Assembly: GCA_964188305.1 (NCBI GenBank)
Contig: OZ076892.1
Source of the DNA: Podarcis bocagei
Taxonomy: Eukaryota
Strand: one strand, 5' to 3'
Length of the DNA stretch: 64,000 nucleotides
Shown here: piece after piece, positions 22,867-36,863 of the stretch
How positions within the stretch are numbered: the stretch's first letter is position 1
Layout: each line of letters opens with the position of its first letter
Notes under the pieces: model-generated
Database searches by the model: none
The model's input: the letters and a program-made list of their open reading frames with translations, nothing else
What the model was told of the DNA's origin: nothing
Position numbers and translations under genes: made by a program

Positions 22867-25292
22867 AATCATTGGTCCATCAATATCTCTATTGTCTACA
22901 CTGAGTGGCTCTCCAGGCCTTCAGGCAGGGAACATTCCTAGCTCTACCTGGAGATGCTAGGGATTGAACCTGGGTCATTCTGCATGCAAAGTAGATGATC
23001 TACCACTGAACTATGACCCTTCTCCTATGTGGAATGAGAGGATAAGCTTCTGCTCTCTCTTTCTCTGGGCAGTGGTATAGATTGATCCTGGAAGGATAAG
23101 GCCACCTTAAACTTCTCAAAGAACAGGCGGAATAGAGATGGAAACATAAATTAAGAAGGTTTTGCCCAAGGGAATGCAGCCTTCAACAAGACAAAGCATT
23201 CCTCACCCCTGGCCTATAGCAATGAATCCCACAGGTAACTTGTACATTTCTTGGAATTTTTGATTCTGCAAACTTGTCAGACAATAGCACTGATTAACAG
23301 TGCCACTTCAAGCAAGTCAAAATCATTGGATTACAATATGTTGACATTTACTTCCCTTTGCAATCTCCACATCATTCACAGTTTTCACAGCTCTCTGCCC
23401 TGGCATGCCCAGCTTGCTTCTTTCCCAAGTGAAACATTGGCAGCTGCTTAATGCAGGCGTGGGGAAACTTTGGCCCAGAACTACAACTCCCATCAGCCCA
23501 AGTAAGCACGGACAATGGCCAGGGTTTATAGTAGTTGTAGTTCAGCAACATCTGGAGGGCCGAAGGTTCCCCACGTCTGGCTTAAGCCTTTCTTTGTAAG
23601 GAAGATGCTGATCGTTCCCTGTAAGCAAGATGTGATCCTTTTTGCTGGGCATTTTGTGTGTGTGCATCTTCTGCAGCTCTCGCAGAACATTTTAAAAATG
23701 CGGTAATTCCAACAGCACAGAGTGTTCTGCAAACACTCTTAGACTCTATAATGGAGCTGCAAGGCCTGCTGTTTTCTTTTAAGTTCTTTTCCCAACAGAG
23801 TGACATTTCCCTTTTTCACAGTTGCAGCGCATTAAGCTGAAAACTTTCACTGGCAGACTGGTCAACCAAAGCTTCTGTCATCTCCTGGGAATTACTCTGA
23901 TGGTCTCTTTGATAAATATAAACAGTAGCCTATGTTTTAAGAGAAAGAGAGAGAAGTGTTCCCACCACTTTATTCTTCAGTGAACAAACACACAGTATTA
24001 TTTGAAGGGGGTTTATTCCATGGAAACAGGGGGGGAAACAGCTGTCCAAGAGCCTTGATCAGTCAAGGTTCCCAGGTGTCCATTTACCAGTAGAGGCTGG
24101 CCTGTCAGGACAAATGGGGACACTGCCCCACCAACCTCTTTCTTCCCTTCGTCTGCCTCCACCTGCCTGCCTTCAGACTTCCATCCAGTTCGGGGAATAG
24201 CACTGACTGTCAGCTGTTTCTCTTCCAGAAGCCAGCTAGAATCATCATCTCTTTAAGATATCTGCATAGGTTGCTTTCTTCCCCCACCCTACAAATTCCA
24301 TCCCTGCACTGAAATTAATGGGACTTTCCAATCAACACGTTTTAGCAGGGGAAATCTGTGAGCCTCTGGAGCCCAGCACAGAACCCAGTTCTTTCTACCT
24401 TTAACACAGGGATAAGGAACTGGAGACCCTCCAGAAGTTGCTGGACTACAACTCCCATCATCCCTCGCTGCTGGCCGGGGCTGATGGGAGCTAGAATCCA
24501 ACAACATCTATTGAGCCTCACGTTCCCAAACTCTGACTTCTAGGATGGGGTGAAATGTTTTGTTTTGCTTTTTTAAGGACAGGAATTATATAACTGCCCT
24601 GTATCTCGCTTCCTGCTACTTTGCTGATGCCTCTGCTATTTCAGGGTCATTTTCTTCAGTTCTTCCCAAGTGCCAGTTCTATCCTTTGAAATGCCAATTT
24701 CACACATTTACAGTCTCAGTGGTTCTAAATTGTGCCAGCTGTTATCTTTTCCCACCCCTTAGGCTAGCTGACTAACGTTTAGCACAGAATGTCTGCGCTT
24801 CTGATTTCAAAGCACGTCATAGATAGGATTCTCCTTTTATACATATAGGGAAACTAGGACACAGAGTAGTCAAGCTAGCAGGATGAGTGTGCATGCAGTA
24901 GGTGGCAGATCTGGGTTCAAATCCTTGATAAGGCATGAAGCTCACTGGGTGGCCTGTGCAACTTACCAGCTCCCAGTGTTAACCTGGGGATAAAAGGAAA
25001 TAGGTCTGTAAGTGCTTCCTTGATCATGGGAGAGAAACATCTGCGATATCTCAGAACTACAAATGGGGGGAGAAATTTGATTTTTGCTTACATTTGAATG
25101 GCAAACTACCTCTTTCACACATTTTAAAGCAATATGTGAATGGAAACAAAATGATCATGGGAGAATTAGTGGAAGTGGCATATAAAATTCATTATATTAG
25201 GGGAAATCATTTGCAAAAAATAGTACACTGTTATGAGATGGGGAGGAGTGTCTGTCTGGATGATACCCAGTGATCTTCCCAAAACCTGTTAT

Positions 25293-25293
25293 T

Positions 25294-25327
<34 letters not shown>

Positions 25328-25351
25328 GCACACACACACACACACACACAC
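25293..25351. repeat. (TG)n(CG)n(CA)n self-complementary microsatellite
   Basis: Read directly. Confidence 0.95.
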
Positions 25352-26272
25352 ATGTAATATATGAGCAAGCTTGCCAAACCAGTTCCATTGTCTATGTAAT
25401 GGCTTTTCCTTCTAGTTAAGTACCATGATTATCATACAGCAAGCTCCCTGCCAGCATAGGTTCTACCCCTCCAGGCAAACCATTTCTGGTGATCATTGCA
25501 GAAAGGGATAGGGACATAGGAAGTGGCCATATACTGGGTCAGACCCACCTGGAGTGGGACACTTGTAACCTTGTGCCCAATTCCATGGAGCCCCAAACAG
25601 AGGGCAATGGAAGTAAGAAGAGAAACCCTGTGTAAGTGGAAGAAGGCAAAGGGGAGAGAGAGAGAGAGCTCATTGGTACTAAACATTTAAAGCAGTATCA
25701 TCCCGCTTTAAACAACCATGGCTTTCCCCAAAGAATTCTGGAAACTGTAGTTTGTTAAGGGTGCTGTTAAAAGGAAACTCTTTTCTACCGCTTCCTGGAA
25801 ATGCCAAGGATTGAACCAGGGATTTCTTGCATGCAAAACAAGAGTGTGCTGTGCTCACTGGGCCATGGCTCTCCTCCAAGGCATGGCCAAGCTCTTTGCC
25901 ATGATCTTGCTTCCCACCCACCATCCATGTCAAGCTCACTGGTTGATAGTTACCTGGGTCTTCTCACACACACACCTTTTTTTGGAAGATGGGGACATTT
26001 GCTCCCCTCCAGTCTGCAAGGACCTCGCCTGTTCTCCAAGAATTCTCAAAGATCATAGACAAAGGCTGTGAGATTATATCCGCAGGAGTAGACTTCTGAG
26101 TAGACTTTCAATGTGTTGCTTTGCATGAGGCCCAACACCTCTTTTCTCCGGTAGCCAGATGCAAAAGAAGACAAGGCTCCACACTTTAGTTGTATAGAAG
26201 AGTGTTCCTGAATCTCCCCTCCTTCCTAAGTCAGTGATTTTAGGCCTGTTTACATGGAAAAGAGCCCCACTG

Positions 26273-27613
26273 TCTCAGTCTCAGTCAGTTTTATTGCACA
26301 TAGCCAAAGGCTGCCGCAACGTACACAGAATTATTTGACAATTAAAAGAAAATATACTGAATTGATAAAAAAGACTTAAAACATTTATATTATTAAAACA
26401 TTACGTACTCTAAACAGAGATATAAAAGTACCCCAATGTACAAATAAAAACATTAAACAATAAAATTCATAAGCTAAAATCATCACATGGTCACTAATGT
26501 TAAAAACAATATTAATTAATACAGTGAGCAATTTATACTCAGAGTTTGGTGACAAAGATAGAGCATAGCCTGAGGTAGATAGATAGGATCAAATAAATTC
26601 ATTTCCTTTACAGTTATTGGCTACCTTGGCTATATAATTTGCTCTAATTTTCCTAGCAGCAGTTGCAAAAAGTGCTACCCGCCAGGTCACATACTTATCT
26701 GTGTCTGAAAGGAGATATAAAATCATGTCAAGGGGGTTCTGGCCAGGGGACCCTGTCATTATAGGTACCAAAAATCTTTTTCTTGCATCATTATATAACG
26801 GACAGTGCAAGATATAATGCATAAGGTCCTCTACTTCAGAACATCCCCTAATGCAAACACGTTCGTTTTTTGGTATGCCTCTATGTCTCCCATCTCTATA
26901 AACAGAGCTTATTGTATTTAGTCGTAGCTCTGTAAAAGCTTTTCGAAGCTGTGCAAAAGTCAATTCATTAAAATAAGATATGTGTTCATTGACCTCTCTA
27001 AGTTTAAAATACAATGGGGCGCATGTAGATGTGCACATAGAGTTTAGATTGTTTTTAGTTGCCACTGCTCTTATGGTTTGTTTAAAAATATTTTTCTGTG
27101 AATATAAGGGGAGTTCTTTAATCTCAGTCACTGAGAGGTCATATTTGCCCATCAGTTGGGCAGCATGATGTACCCAGTTTTTAAGGGGTAATCCATTTGA
27201 GAGCTCAATCAGGCATTTTTTTGGTAGCCTAGTGTTGTCCATCTGTTGAACTCTAAACCAGTAACAGAGAATTCTTTTATCTATTTGGCTCTCTATGCTC
27301 AACATGCAAGTTTCCAACCTGACCATGGCAGATTCCACGTCTTTGGGTAAACCTAAAAGAACTCTTAAAAAATAATTCTGCGGGGGTTCCAGACCAGAGA
27401 CCTTTGAGGTACCCCAAACCTCTGCACCATATAAAATCTGGGCCATTGTTTTTGCTTTATACACAGATAGAGCTGGGTTGACCAGTTTTCCACCTTTACA
27501 GGCAGCGAATTTCAGAATGGCTTTTGCTGATTTAAAGGCTTGCAATTTAATATTGGATAGCTGTGTATTCCAAGATGCCGTTTCTGAATAAATCAATCCC
27601 AGATATTTAAATG
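26273..27613 (-). mobile_element. 5'-truncated RTE-X-like LINE with an uninterrupted ORF C-terminus (stop at 26589)
   Basis: 13-bp TSD AAGAGCCCCACTG (26260-26272, 27614-27626). FKYLG (end of RT), ILYGAEVWG, C-terminal C..C.EVED..HYILHCP zinc finger; AATAAA plus (CTGAGA)n tail. Confidence 0.8.
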
Positions 27614-29096
27614 AAGAGCCCCACTGGACTCAGCGAGCCATTGCCAGAGTCTATGTCAAATTTCCTTCCAAGAAGTCTGCATACCAGGGCAGAAAGAGTT
27701 TGGTCACAATTATCTATGCCCTGAGGAACTTGACTACTGCAATGGGATCTTCATGGGGCTGCCTTTGAAAATGGCTCAGGTACCGCAGTCAGTTCAGAAC
27801 ACATCTTCTGGTTGTTCCCCGACTCAGCTGCAAACCATTAGAAAGGGTTTGTGAGAAGTCAAGAAAGACCCCCAAAGAAAACCGCTCCCCTCCCACTACC
27901 ACCCATTCTGTCCAGAGCACCCATATTCACTGATAAATGAAGAATGAAGTGCACATCTATGAAGTGAACTGAGGTTAATGACCAAAACAGTTACCTCTTA
28001 GAGGCTGTTCCGGAATCGTTGCTTTCCAGGAAGGCCAAAAAGATGACAAATGTGAGTCTAAGTCTAGGCAGGGTGGTACACTAAAGGGCAATCCACAAGT
28101 CCTCTCGTCCTGCTGTTTTCCTCCAGGGAAAATGGCTCTTTAGCACTCAATCAGAGCAAACGGCAATTTGGGGTTTCTCCAGTTTGACATTTGCTCCAAT
28201 TTAGCACTAAAGAGTGGGTTTTTCCCTGGGACAGGAGATGCGCAAGCAGGAAACTGCTCAGATCCTTGCTCCCTAGGCATGGACAAGTGGGAGTATGGAT
28301 GAGCCCTAAGCCCTGTGTTTAGGTATGCACAGCACAACCCACAGGATAGCGAAAGTTTAGCCAGCACAGCTGAATTTTACATTTTAGCCTGTCCCAATTC
28401 TCTTTATTCACCTTTCCAATCTTCCTTCTTTCCTCCTTTTCTTCTTTTACTATCACACTTAGAACATAGCAACCACATTGCAAGGTCGTTCTGGCTTGGC
28501 TTTGGCTGAGAACGAAATCAGCAGTGACTCACCAGAGGAAAATAAAACCCACCCTATAAAATGCTGCCTCTATTGAGGCTGTAAACAACCTTGCCTGCTT
28601 GGTGGTTGAGCACTTATTAACCTTCTCTCTGGTCTAGCTCCCAAAGGGGACTAACATCCAGGGCCAGAGTTTTATTAGGAAAAATTAATCTTGCAGGTAC
28701 TATGTATGGCACAGTGGCCAGGTGCAATGGGAGTCTGCCTTTATTTACCAAGGTTACAGGTTTGTGTTTTACTACTTCTCAAAAGATATGGCTCTTCTAA
28801 GCACATCAGGTTTATGTACTGTAACAAAGGGCAGTCAACCTGTGGCCCTCAGTCACTTTTTATGTGGCCCTCGTAACAACAGCCCTCTAGAAGTGACTGG
28901 GTCAGACCTCCCCCTCCCCAGTAGTTTGGTAATTGTGGAGGAAAAGGAGAGAGAGAGAGAGAGAGAGAGATGGGGTATGGGGGGAAAAAAGAAAAGCAGG
29001 TGGCCCAGCTAAAGATCAGCAAATCCGTCAGTTTTGGTTTCTCTCATTTTCTCATTTTTCCACTCATAAGTTCAGTTCTCCAGATTTTCACACCAG

Positions 29097-29097
29097 T

Positions 29098-29165
<68 letters not shown>
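29097..29165. repeat. (TTG)n microsatellite
   Basis: Read directly. Others: (AAT)n 7701-7740, (CT)n 9121-9172, (ATT)n 14330-14383, 40490-40544, 44917-44973, and (CTTT)n 35482-35530. Confidence 0.95.
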
Positions 29166-29823
29166 ATAATTAAAAGACTTCATGAGAATTCTTCAGCAGT
29201 TTTATGCAAACATCTCCCTTTTTTGTAAGCAATTTGGTCTAATATTCATATTTATGTGAAGTGTTTTCCTCTAAACTAATGTATTTTGGTGCACATTTTA
29301 CCTTAGAATATGCATTTTGTATACATTATTTGGCTGATATACTGCACCACAAAATTCAGGCAGCGTGGGTTGCAAATAATGGCTATGTTTGGGTTTGTGT
29401 GTTGTTTGGGAAAGTATCAATTAGGCAGGCCCACCTTCAAATGAGAATGGAATTGGACTTCTCCCACACACCACTTGCTTTGGCTCTCCACATGGCCAAT
29501 ATACCTCCTTCAGCAGATTTGCTCTGATGGAATGTTTGTAGCTTGTTTTCTTTATCTTCAAGATAAACATGGCATCAGAAGGAGGCCTTTTAAAGATGGG
29601 CTTGTGCGATCTTCTGGATGCATCACTAGGGATGGGAAAATCCATGATCAAATGTGGCTTCTTGAAATGGGCTTGGCAAAATGGCAATACCTTTTATCCT
29701 TCAGATCCATATCTGTAAAATGGGGTTACCAATAATTTGCCTCACTGAATAGAGTGCAGATGAAAACCACTTGGAATACTAAAGTTATACTGCAGAAAAA
29801 ACTGTTCTCAGTAACACCAAGAT

Positions 29824-30030
29824 GGGAGCCAGTGTAGTATAGTGGTTAAAGTGTCACAGTAGGAGCTGGGAGGTCGGAAGTCGAATGTCCACTTGGCCAT
29901 AATGCTCACTGGGTGACCTTGGACCAGTCTCTGACTCAGCCTAACCAACCTCACAGGATTTTTGTGAGGATAAAATCAGGGAGAACCATGTATGCCATCT
30001 TGAGCTTTTTGGAGCAAAAGTCGCCTACAA
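29824..30030 (+). mobile_element. MIR-like / Squam2-type tRNA SINE
   Basis: GCCAGTGTAGTATAGTGGTTAAAGTG head and CTCACTGGGTGACCTTGG...CCTCACAGG..TGTGAGGATAAAA core. Copies at ~13765-13980, 35710-35820 (+), 33010-33235 and 55620-55835 (-). Confidence 0.7.
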
Positions 30031-30984
30031 ATGGAATGTTAAATAGATTTAAAAGAGATGTAATTGAATTGTTATGGCTAGTTTAACTAAAGATGTTTTA
30101 ACTGTTTTCAGATGTTTTAGAAGGCTTTTTAAAAAAAGTGTATGTGTTTGCCATCCTGGGTTCCTTCTGCGGGAAGGTTGGGATATAAATTCAACTAAAA
30201 ATCTCCAGAGACCGTTAATTCAGGCTGACAGACTTCCAACCATGTGGTTCAGTGTGAAAATAATGGCTAGTCTCTTAGAAGGTTAATGAATTTGCCAAGC
30301 TGCCTTATTCAGCATCAGACCATGGGATTACCTATTGTTACTCTGAGTATTGTTACTCAGAGTATTGTTTACTCTGACTGGCAGCAACTCTTTGAGCTCT
30401 CAGCCAGAGGCCTTTCATTTCCCCTGCTACCCAATCCTTTTACGATGCCAGACAATGAAGGTGGTGTCTTCCTTCTGCATGCAACGGATGTGTTCTACTG
30501 CTTTTGGATGCCTATTCCATCACCTTTGTGGTTTGTAAACATGCCACAAAGTTGGAGAATGTGGGCAGAAGTCTTTACATCTGCCTAGATAGTAATGGAA
30601 GGAACTATAGAGACTGTGGCAATCACACTGGGAAACTACAGAGTGGAACTACTGTGTCTTTCACTGTGTTTCTCTATGAAGCTCTAAAATCTATACCATC
30701 AAAGATAATCAACCATGCTATTGTTCCTATAATCATTTCCCCCAGGTCACACTTGCGCCGTACTTTTCAAGTGCTTTAGGCTACCTTAACAGCCATGGCT
30801 TCCCCCAAAGAACTCTGGGAACTGTAGTTTGTTAAGGCTGTTGAGAGTTGTCAGGAGCTCCAACTCGCCTCAGAGGGTTACAAGTTCTAGATTCCCCTGG
30901 GAAGAAGGACCAGCTGTTAAAGAACTCTGGAAATCGTAGCTCTGTGCGGGGAATAGGGGTCTCCTAACCACTCTCAGCACCCTT

Positions 30985-31352
30985 AAAGGTAAAGGTAAAG
31001 GTACCCCTGCCCGTACGGGCCAGTCTTGACAGACTCTAGGGTTGTGTGCTCATCTCACTCTAGAGGCCGGGAGCCAGCGCTGTCCGCAGACACTTCCAGG
31101 TCACGTGGCCAGCGTGACGAAGCTGCTCTGGCGAACCGGCACCAGAGCAGCACACGGAACGCCGTTTACCTTCCCGCTATAAAGCGGTACCTATTTATCT
31201 ACTTGCACTTAAGGGTGCTTTCGAACTGCTAGGTGGGCAGGAGCTGGGACCGAACGACGGGAGCTCACCCCGCCACGGGGATTCAAACCGCCGACCATGC
31301 GATCGGCAAGTCCTAGGCACTGAGGTTTTACCCACAGCGCCACCCACGTCCC
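30985..31352 (-). mobile_element. Sauria SINE, CpG-rich copy inside a palindromic DNA element (~30745-31437)
   Basis: (AAAGGT)3 tail and the same core as 8664-9011. The host MITE family also occurs at ~970-1170, 7945-8130, 25680-25770 and 44690-44810. Confidence 0.85.
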
Positions 31353-34300
31353 TAACAAACTACAATTCCAAGGATTTAACAGGCCATGCCTGTTAAAGTG
31401 GTATAAGAGTCCTTTAAATGTATGGTGTGGATGTGGCCCTAGGATTTGCCAAGAGAGACCAATCAAATGTCACTGTTCTTGCCAAGGTTGTGGACTTCCA
31501 GCCGTGATTCACTCCATGAATATATAAACACGTATCAGAGTTTGAAGTGAGTTCCTATCCCAATATTGTTTATTATTTAAGTTTTATCCTCCAGTACATT
31601 TCAGTGCATTTCATGTGCATCTCATATATCTGTGGGAGGAGAGAAAGCAAAGAATATGGTATTGACAGCAGAATTCATCTGGAACCTCAGGTTTCATTTT
31701 TGAAACAGCTCATTTCTAGCCCTTATGATGAATGATGCTTTTTGAAACCACGGAAGCCAGAAGGCTTCAGTGTCGTGCGTGCCTCCTTGCCCTTCCTCAT
31801 TACCAGCAAAACCGGAATAAATTATGCAAAATAAACATAAATTATGCAAATGTGCATATTTCCCCACTGCACATTTGCAGACCATTTCTTTCTGCACGGC
31901 ACCACAATGCATTTACCAAACTCCAACAGGTATAAGACGGCTTCCTATTACCACAAGAACCTCAGGGTGAAAATCTGCCATTGTTAAAGCTTCTATAAGA
32001 CTCACGCAGCTGAGAGGTCACTGGCTTTTATTTACCAGCCCTACTATTTACTAGTTCTCCAAATGGAGAACTTACAGAAGCTGCCTTGAGGGACCCAGCA
32101 CATATCACTCTCAACACTGCTCTAGTCAGGGTGGCCCATCCCATTAAGCCACCTGAGGCAAAATGGGAAGGTGTTGACCTGAGCTCCTACCAAAACCTCA
32201 CTTCCCAGGGTTGTGCAGCTGCAGGGGGTGGTGGCTTTTAAGTTCCAGCAAGATCTGACGAGAGCCCCACGAGATCTTTGCAGGGCTCTTTTGAGATTTC
32301 ACCAGAACCTGGGAGCCACCACTGGTTCTCCTCACTTGCCTGGTGATGGGGGATCCCACAGTGATGCCCCTGGGATTTTTGCCACCTGAGGAAGCTGCCT
32401 CAGTCCCCAGGCTGGTCCAGGCTCTAGCCTAAAGTGACCTTTGGCATGCACAAAAATATGTGACAGGTCATACCGTTGGCTGCGAGTCCCAGGACGTACA
32501 GTACTATTTGATGGCTTGCTAGCTGTACCAGTTTAAGACACTTGCTACATTTGGAAGGACAGACCGAGTTCTTTCAGAGCCTATTTGACTGGGCAATGTA
32601 TTCATATATTTGTGTAAGCTGCTCAAAGGCTAGATAAATATAATTATTACTAGCCCCAGCTGGCGGCGTTCCTTGTGTTCTGTGTATATATAAATGGTCT
32701 TATTTGTCGAGCCACATCTGCCGTGGTCCTCAGAGTCCACTGAGGAAGACCAAGGCTGAAACGCAGTTGGGTTCTCTGATGCTTTGTGAGCTGTAGTTGT
32801 TCCCACTGCTGATGTTGTGTCAGCACAGACTGTTCATTTTTAAATTACTTTGCTGTGGAAATAAGTAGATATTCAGTGTTTGCATTTAAGTGCCCTTAGA
32901 TCCCATAAAATTATTTCACATATCAAATTTATTTATCTTGGTTTGTAACAGGATTTTTTCCCCACCAATTTGTTTTTTTTCCACCAACCCATTTTTAAAA
33001 GTTATTATTGATGCAATTATATGCCACCTTTTTCTCTAAGGAGCTCAAAATGGAGCACATCGTTTCCCCCCTGCTCCCATAATTTTATCCTCACAACTAC
33101 CCTGTGAGATAGTTTAGGGTGAGAGGCAGGTACTGGCCCAAGGCCCCCTCAGTGAGCTTCATGCCGAGTGGGTATTTGGACCCTGGCCTTCTAGTTCATA
33201 GTACAACACTCTAACCGTTACACCACACTGGCTCCACATTTTGCTACTGGTAGCAAAGGAAAAGAAGGTGCTCCATCACCACTCCTTGAGGAAAAACTGA
33301 CTGGGCAGGGGGCAACTGAATCTTACTTGTACCCTGGCAATGGGCACTTGAGGGAGCAGGCTAATTTCTTTGCCTCTAACAGGGGTGCTTGGAGTAGGCC
33401 CCTCAAAATCATAGGCCCATGCCAACTGGCCCACACACTTCTGTTCTGACTTGCACGTATCACACATAGCTCTGATCTTCAACTAGACATGGCTGGCTCT
33501 GTTAATTTTCGTTCTCTCACTCTCTAATTCCCCCTTCCCCTAGTCTTAAATTCATTTCTCCACAAATTTTGTTTTTCTAAATTCTCCTGGATAGGAATTA
33601 GCATTTTAGTGCACATTCCCCTCTCACACTCTTTTCTTTTTTTTCTTTTTGCAATTTTGCCTCACGTATGCATTTTCGCATAACAATTTTCCTGAATATA
33701 ATGTGGTTTTGGTGTGCCATTTTCACTACTATGTGGGCTTTTGAGCACACTTTCCTTTCGTCTATTCATTTTTGTACACCTTACTTGGCTGGGGAACCAC
33801 TCTGCAAAATTCAGAAATGTGCGAATTTCCAGTTTGCACATTGTTTCAGAAAATGCTAATTTAGTAGGTTTGCTTTTCAATGCAGATTTAATTGCAATTC
33901 TCCCCTGAACCTGTTTCCAATGGAGAAGGAGGACTGGGGGACTCCAACTCCCATCAGCCCCAGCCAGCATGACCAATGATCAGGAAGGGTGGGATTCGGT
34001 GTCCAACAATGCCCGGAAATCCATATGTTCACCACCCCACTGAAGCTCTTTCTAGCCTGGGTGGGGCTGTATCAAATAACCTTTGAGCCAAAAGGCTTTT
34101 TTAAAAAATGTAGCTCAGTTTTATCTTTGCAAATCTTCGAAGCATTGGCAAACTGGGCACCAGGCAATCGTACAAGAGGCGTTCGGCTCTGGTGGGACTC
34201 AATTTGTTGCTAGGATTCGGGCTTTGGCAATTATCTCTGATAGCACCATTAAGTGGCGGGCAAATCAGAGTGAAAATTCCTCCGCTGCCAAATGGTTTCC

Positions 34301-35481
34301 AGGGGTATTGGTGGAAGCTGGTGTCAATAGAATTGTAATTGCAAAAACTGAAACGGAAGTGTTAATGATGCTTCTGTTGGCACTTCACTGTCTGGAAGAG
34401 ATGGAAATGCTGCCCCAGATCTATTTAGGCCTGGTGCTCATTGAAGTGGCGTATCTATCTCAGAGCTATATTACTTCAGACTCCCGGGGAGGGGCTGCTA
34501 TTATGATGGAATGCTCCCCCATGAAGAATTAGGAGAAAGCACTGCATGCGTAAAGCTAGCATTTCAGGAAGAAGGCTGGAGGAGAAGCATTGAATCATAG
34601 AACTGTGGAGTTGGAATGGGTGCAAAGGGATCACAGATGAAGTATGCCTGGCATATGGTCATTCAATCTCTGCTTAAAAGCCTCTAAAGAAGGAGAGTCC
34701 ACCTTCTGAGGTAGCCCATTCCACTGCCGAACAGCTCTTACTGTCAGAAAGTTCTTCCTAATGTTTAGTCAGACTCTCCTTCCTTGTAATTTGAACCCAT
34801 TGATTCAGGTCCATCTTCCACAGCCCCACAGATATTTGAAGATGGCTGTCATATCACATCTTAGGCTTCTCTTCTCCAGGCTACACATACCCAGCTCCCT
34901 CAACCGTTCCTCATAAGGCTTGGTTTCCAGATCCTTTATCATGTTGGTCACCCTCCTCTACACACGTTCCAGTTTATCAATATCCCTTTTGAACCCTTCC
35001 ACCTGGCATCTTGTTTTCTGTATGTGAGGAATGCTTTGCATTGGGGAACATCCAGTCACAGGACTGACCACCTGAAAAGTGGTATGGTCCAGAGACAGAG
35101 AGAGAGCTAAGCATATAGGATTGTACCACTGGCATGAGGGGAGGGGGATGATACTGAACATTACCTGTAGAATTATGTTCACCCCTGTCCCTAATTCCCG
35201 CACAGATGCATAGTACATGTATGATAGGGATTATATTTGTGCTTAGTGAAATCCACAAAATAAGATTGTGTCATGTTATGGAGAGAGAAGCAGTGGCTGC
35301 AGTTGGATGTTTCTTTATGGCAGGCATGGAAAACTTTTTTCCAACAGGAGGGCCACATTCTTTCTGGGTAAGCTTCCAAGGGCCACATACCAGTGGGGGG
35401 CAGAACCAGACATAAAAGCAGACAGAGCAGCAAATATAAAGTTTTGCCTTTGTACACAGAACTAGTTTCTGCACACACCCC

Positions 35482-35530
<49 letters not shown>

Positions 35531-36637
35531 ATCTAGGCAAGCAAGAAGTATTGTCATGGTTCAATGACATGTTTCAGCCAGGCAAAGACACATGAGGAAG
35601 GTGCAAATCAGGGCCGGGGTGTGGAATAGTGGTTGTGGCCCAGGGAGATTTCTGATAGCCTGGATGGTGGCACTTGGGTGCCCAGGCCTGAGGTTCAACC
35701 CCCTCATTTGTGAGTGTGGTGTAGTGGTTAAAGTGTCAGACTATGACCCAGGAGACCCTGCCTCTCAGCCTGACCTATCTCACAGGGTTGCTGTTGGAGG
35801 TTAAACACCTCCTTGGAGAATAAACAAATGTATTTGTCTTTTTCTTCTCTCTTTGGAACTCTTAAGTTCTAGGGCAGCCTATAAACAATGCAAATAAATG
35901 AGTATCATCACTCTTCCACTACCAAATAGACGCCATGTTCTCCCACAGTGCCTATTCCAATGGTACCCACCATCCCCAAAGCAGCGCTGCCATGTACACA
36001 CACACACTGAGGAGGGGAGAGAGAAAAGGCATAAAACTATTTGGATGCAATTGAATTGGATGTATAATTCACTATTTATTATTCTGCCCATTATATGCTG
36101 AGCCAAGGGGGAAATTCTTTGCAAATATAATTTCCCAGTACTGGAATAAATAAATAAAACACCCCAAGATATATATAGGCAGAATTTTTAATATTTAACC
36201 AGGATTATATTATATATATAGGATGGTTTTATGTGCAGCAGCTGCTAGGAAACAACTCAGCACATGGTTGTTGTTGTTTTTAAAAAAATGAATTCTGTTA
36301 GCGATTTTACCTGAATTGATTTATAGGAGTAGCAAATATGGTGGGTACAGATTTTATGTATGTTTTTCTTATATTCTCGGTCATTGTTTCCTGTCAATCA
36401 TTAGTTTGTTGCGAATGTATGGCCATAGTGGTCTTGCAAAGGCCATTGGGTTAGATGCATTAAAATGTTACTATATCACACACAAACACACACACACACA
36501 GGATCTCTGGAACAACCCTAAACTGTTACACAGCATTATGCCTCTGAATATCTGTTCCTGGGAGAGTGCTGTTAGCCCTCACTTCCTGCTTCCCGGCTTC
36601 CCATAAGTATCTGGTGGTCCACTGTGAGAACACAATA

Positions 36638-36863
36638 CAGTGGTACCTCGGGTTAAGTACTTAATTCATTCCGGAGGTCCGTTCTTAACCTGAAACTGTT
36701 CTTAACCTGAAGCACCACTTTAGCTAATGGGGCCTCCTGCTGCCGCCGCGCCGCCAGAGCACGATTTCTGTTCTCATCCTGAAGCAAAGATCTTAACCCG
36801 AGGTAATATTTCTGGGTTAGCGGAGTCTGTAACCTGAAGCATATGTAACCCGAGGTACCACTG
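36638..36863. mobile_element. Tc1/pogo (Tigger-like) MITE, same family as 11390-11615, opposite orientation
   Basis: TIRs CAGTGGTACCTCGGGTTA with TA TSD; interrupts an older repeat related to ~47950-48100. Confidence 0.85.

Noticed and set aside
28933-29173. Poly-Leu, poly-Cys and ER-repeat ORFs (also 7494, 8991, 14322, 44743)
   Set aside because: Translations of microsatellites.
34083-34532. 149-aa ORF in intron 1
   Set aside because: Non-ATG start, no recognisable domain and no clear splice context.
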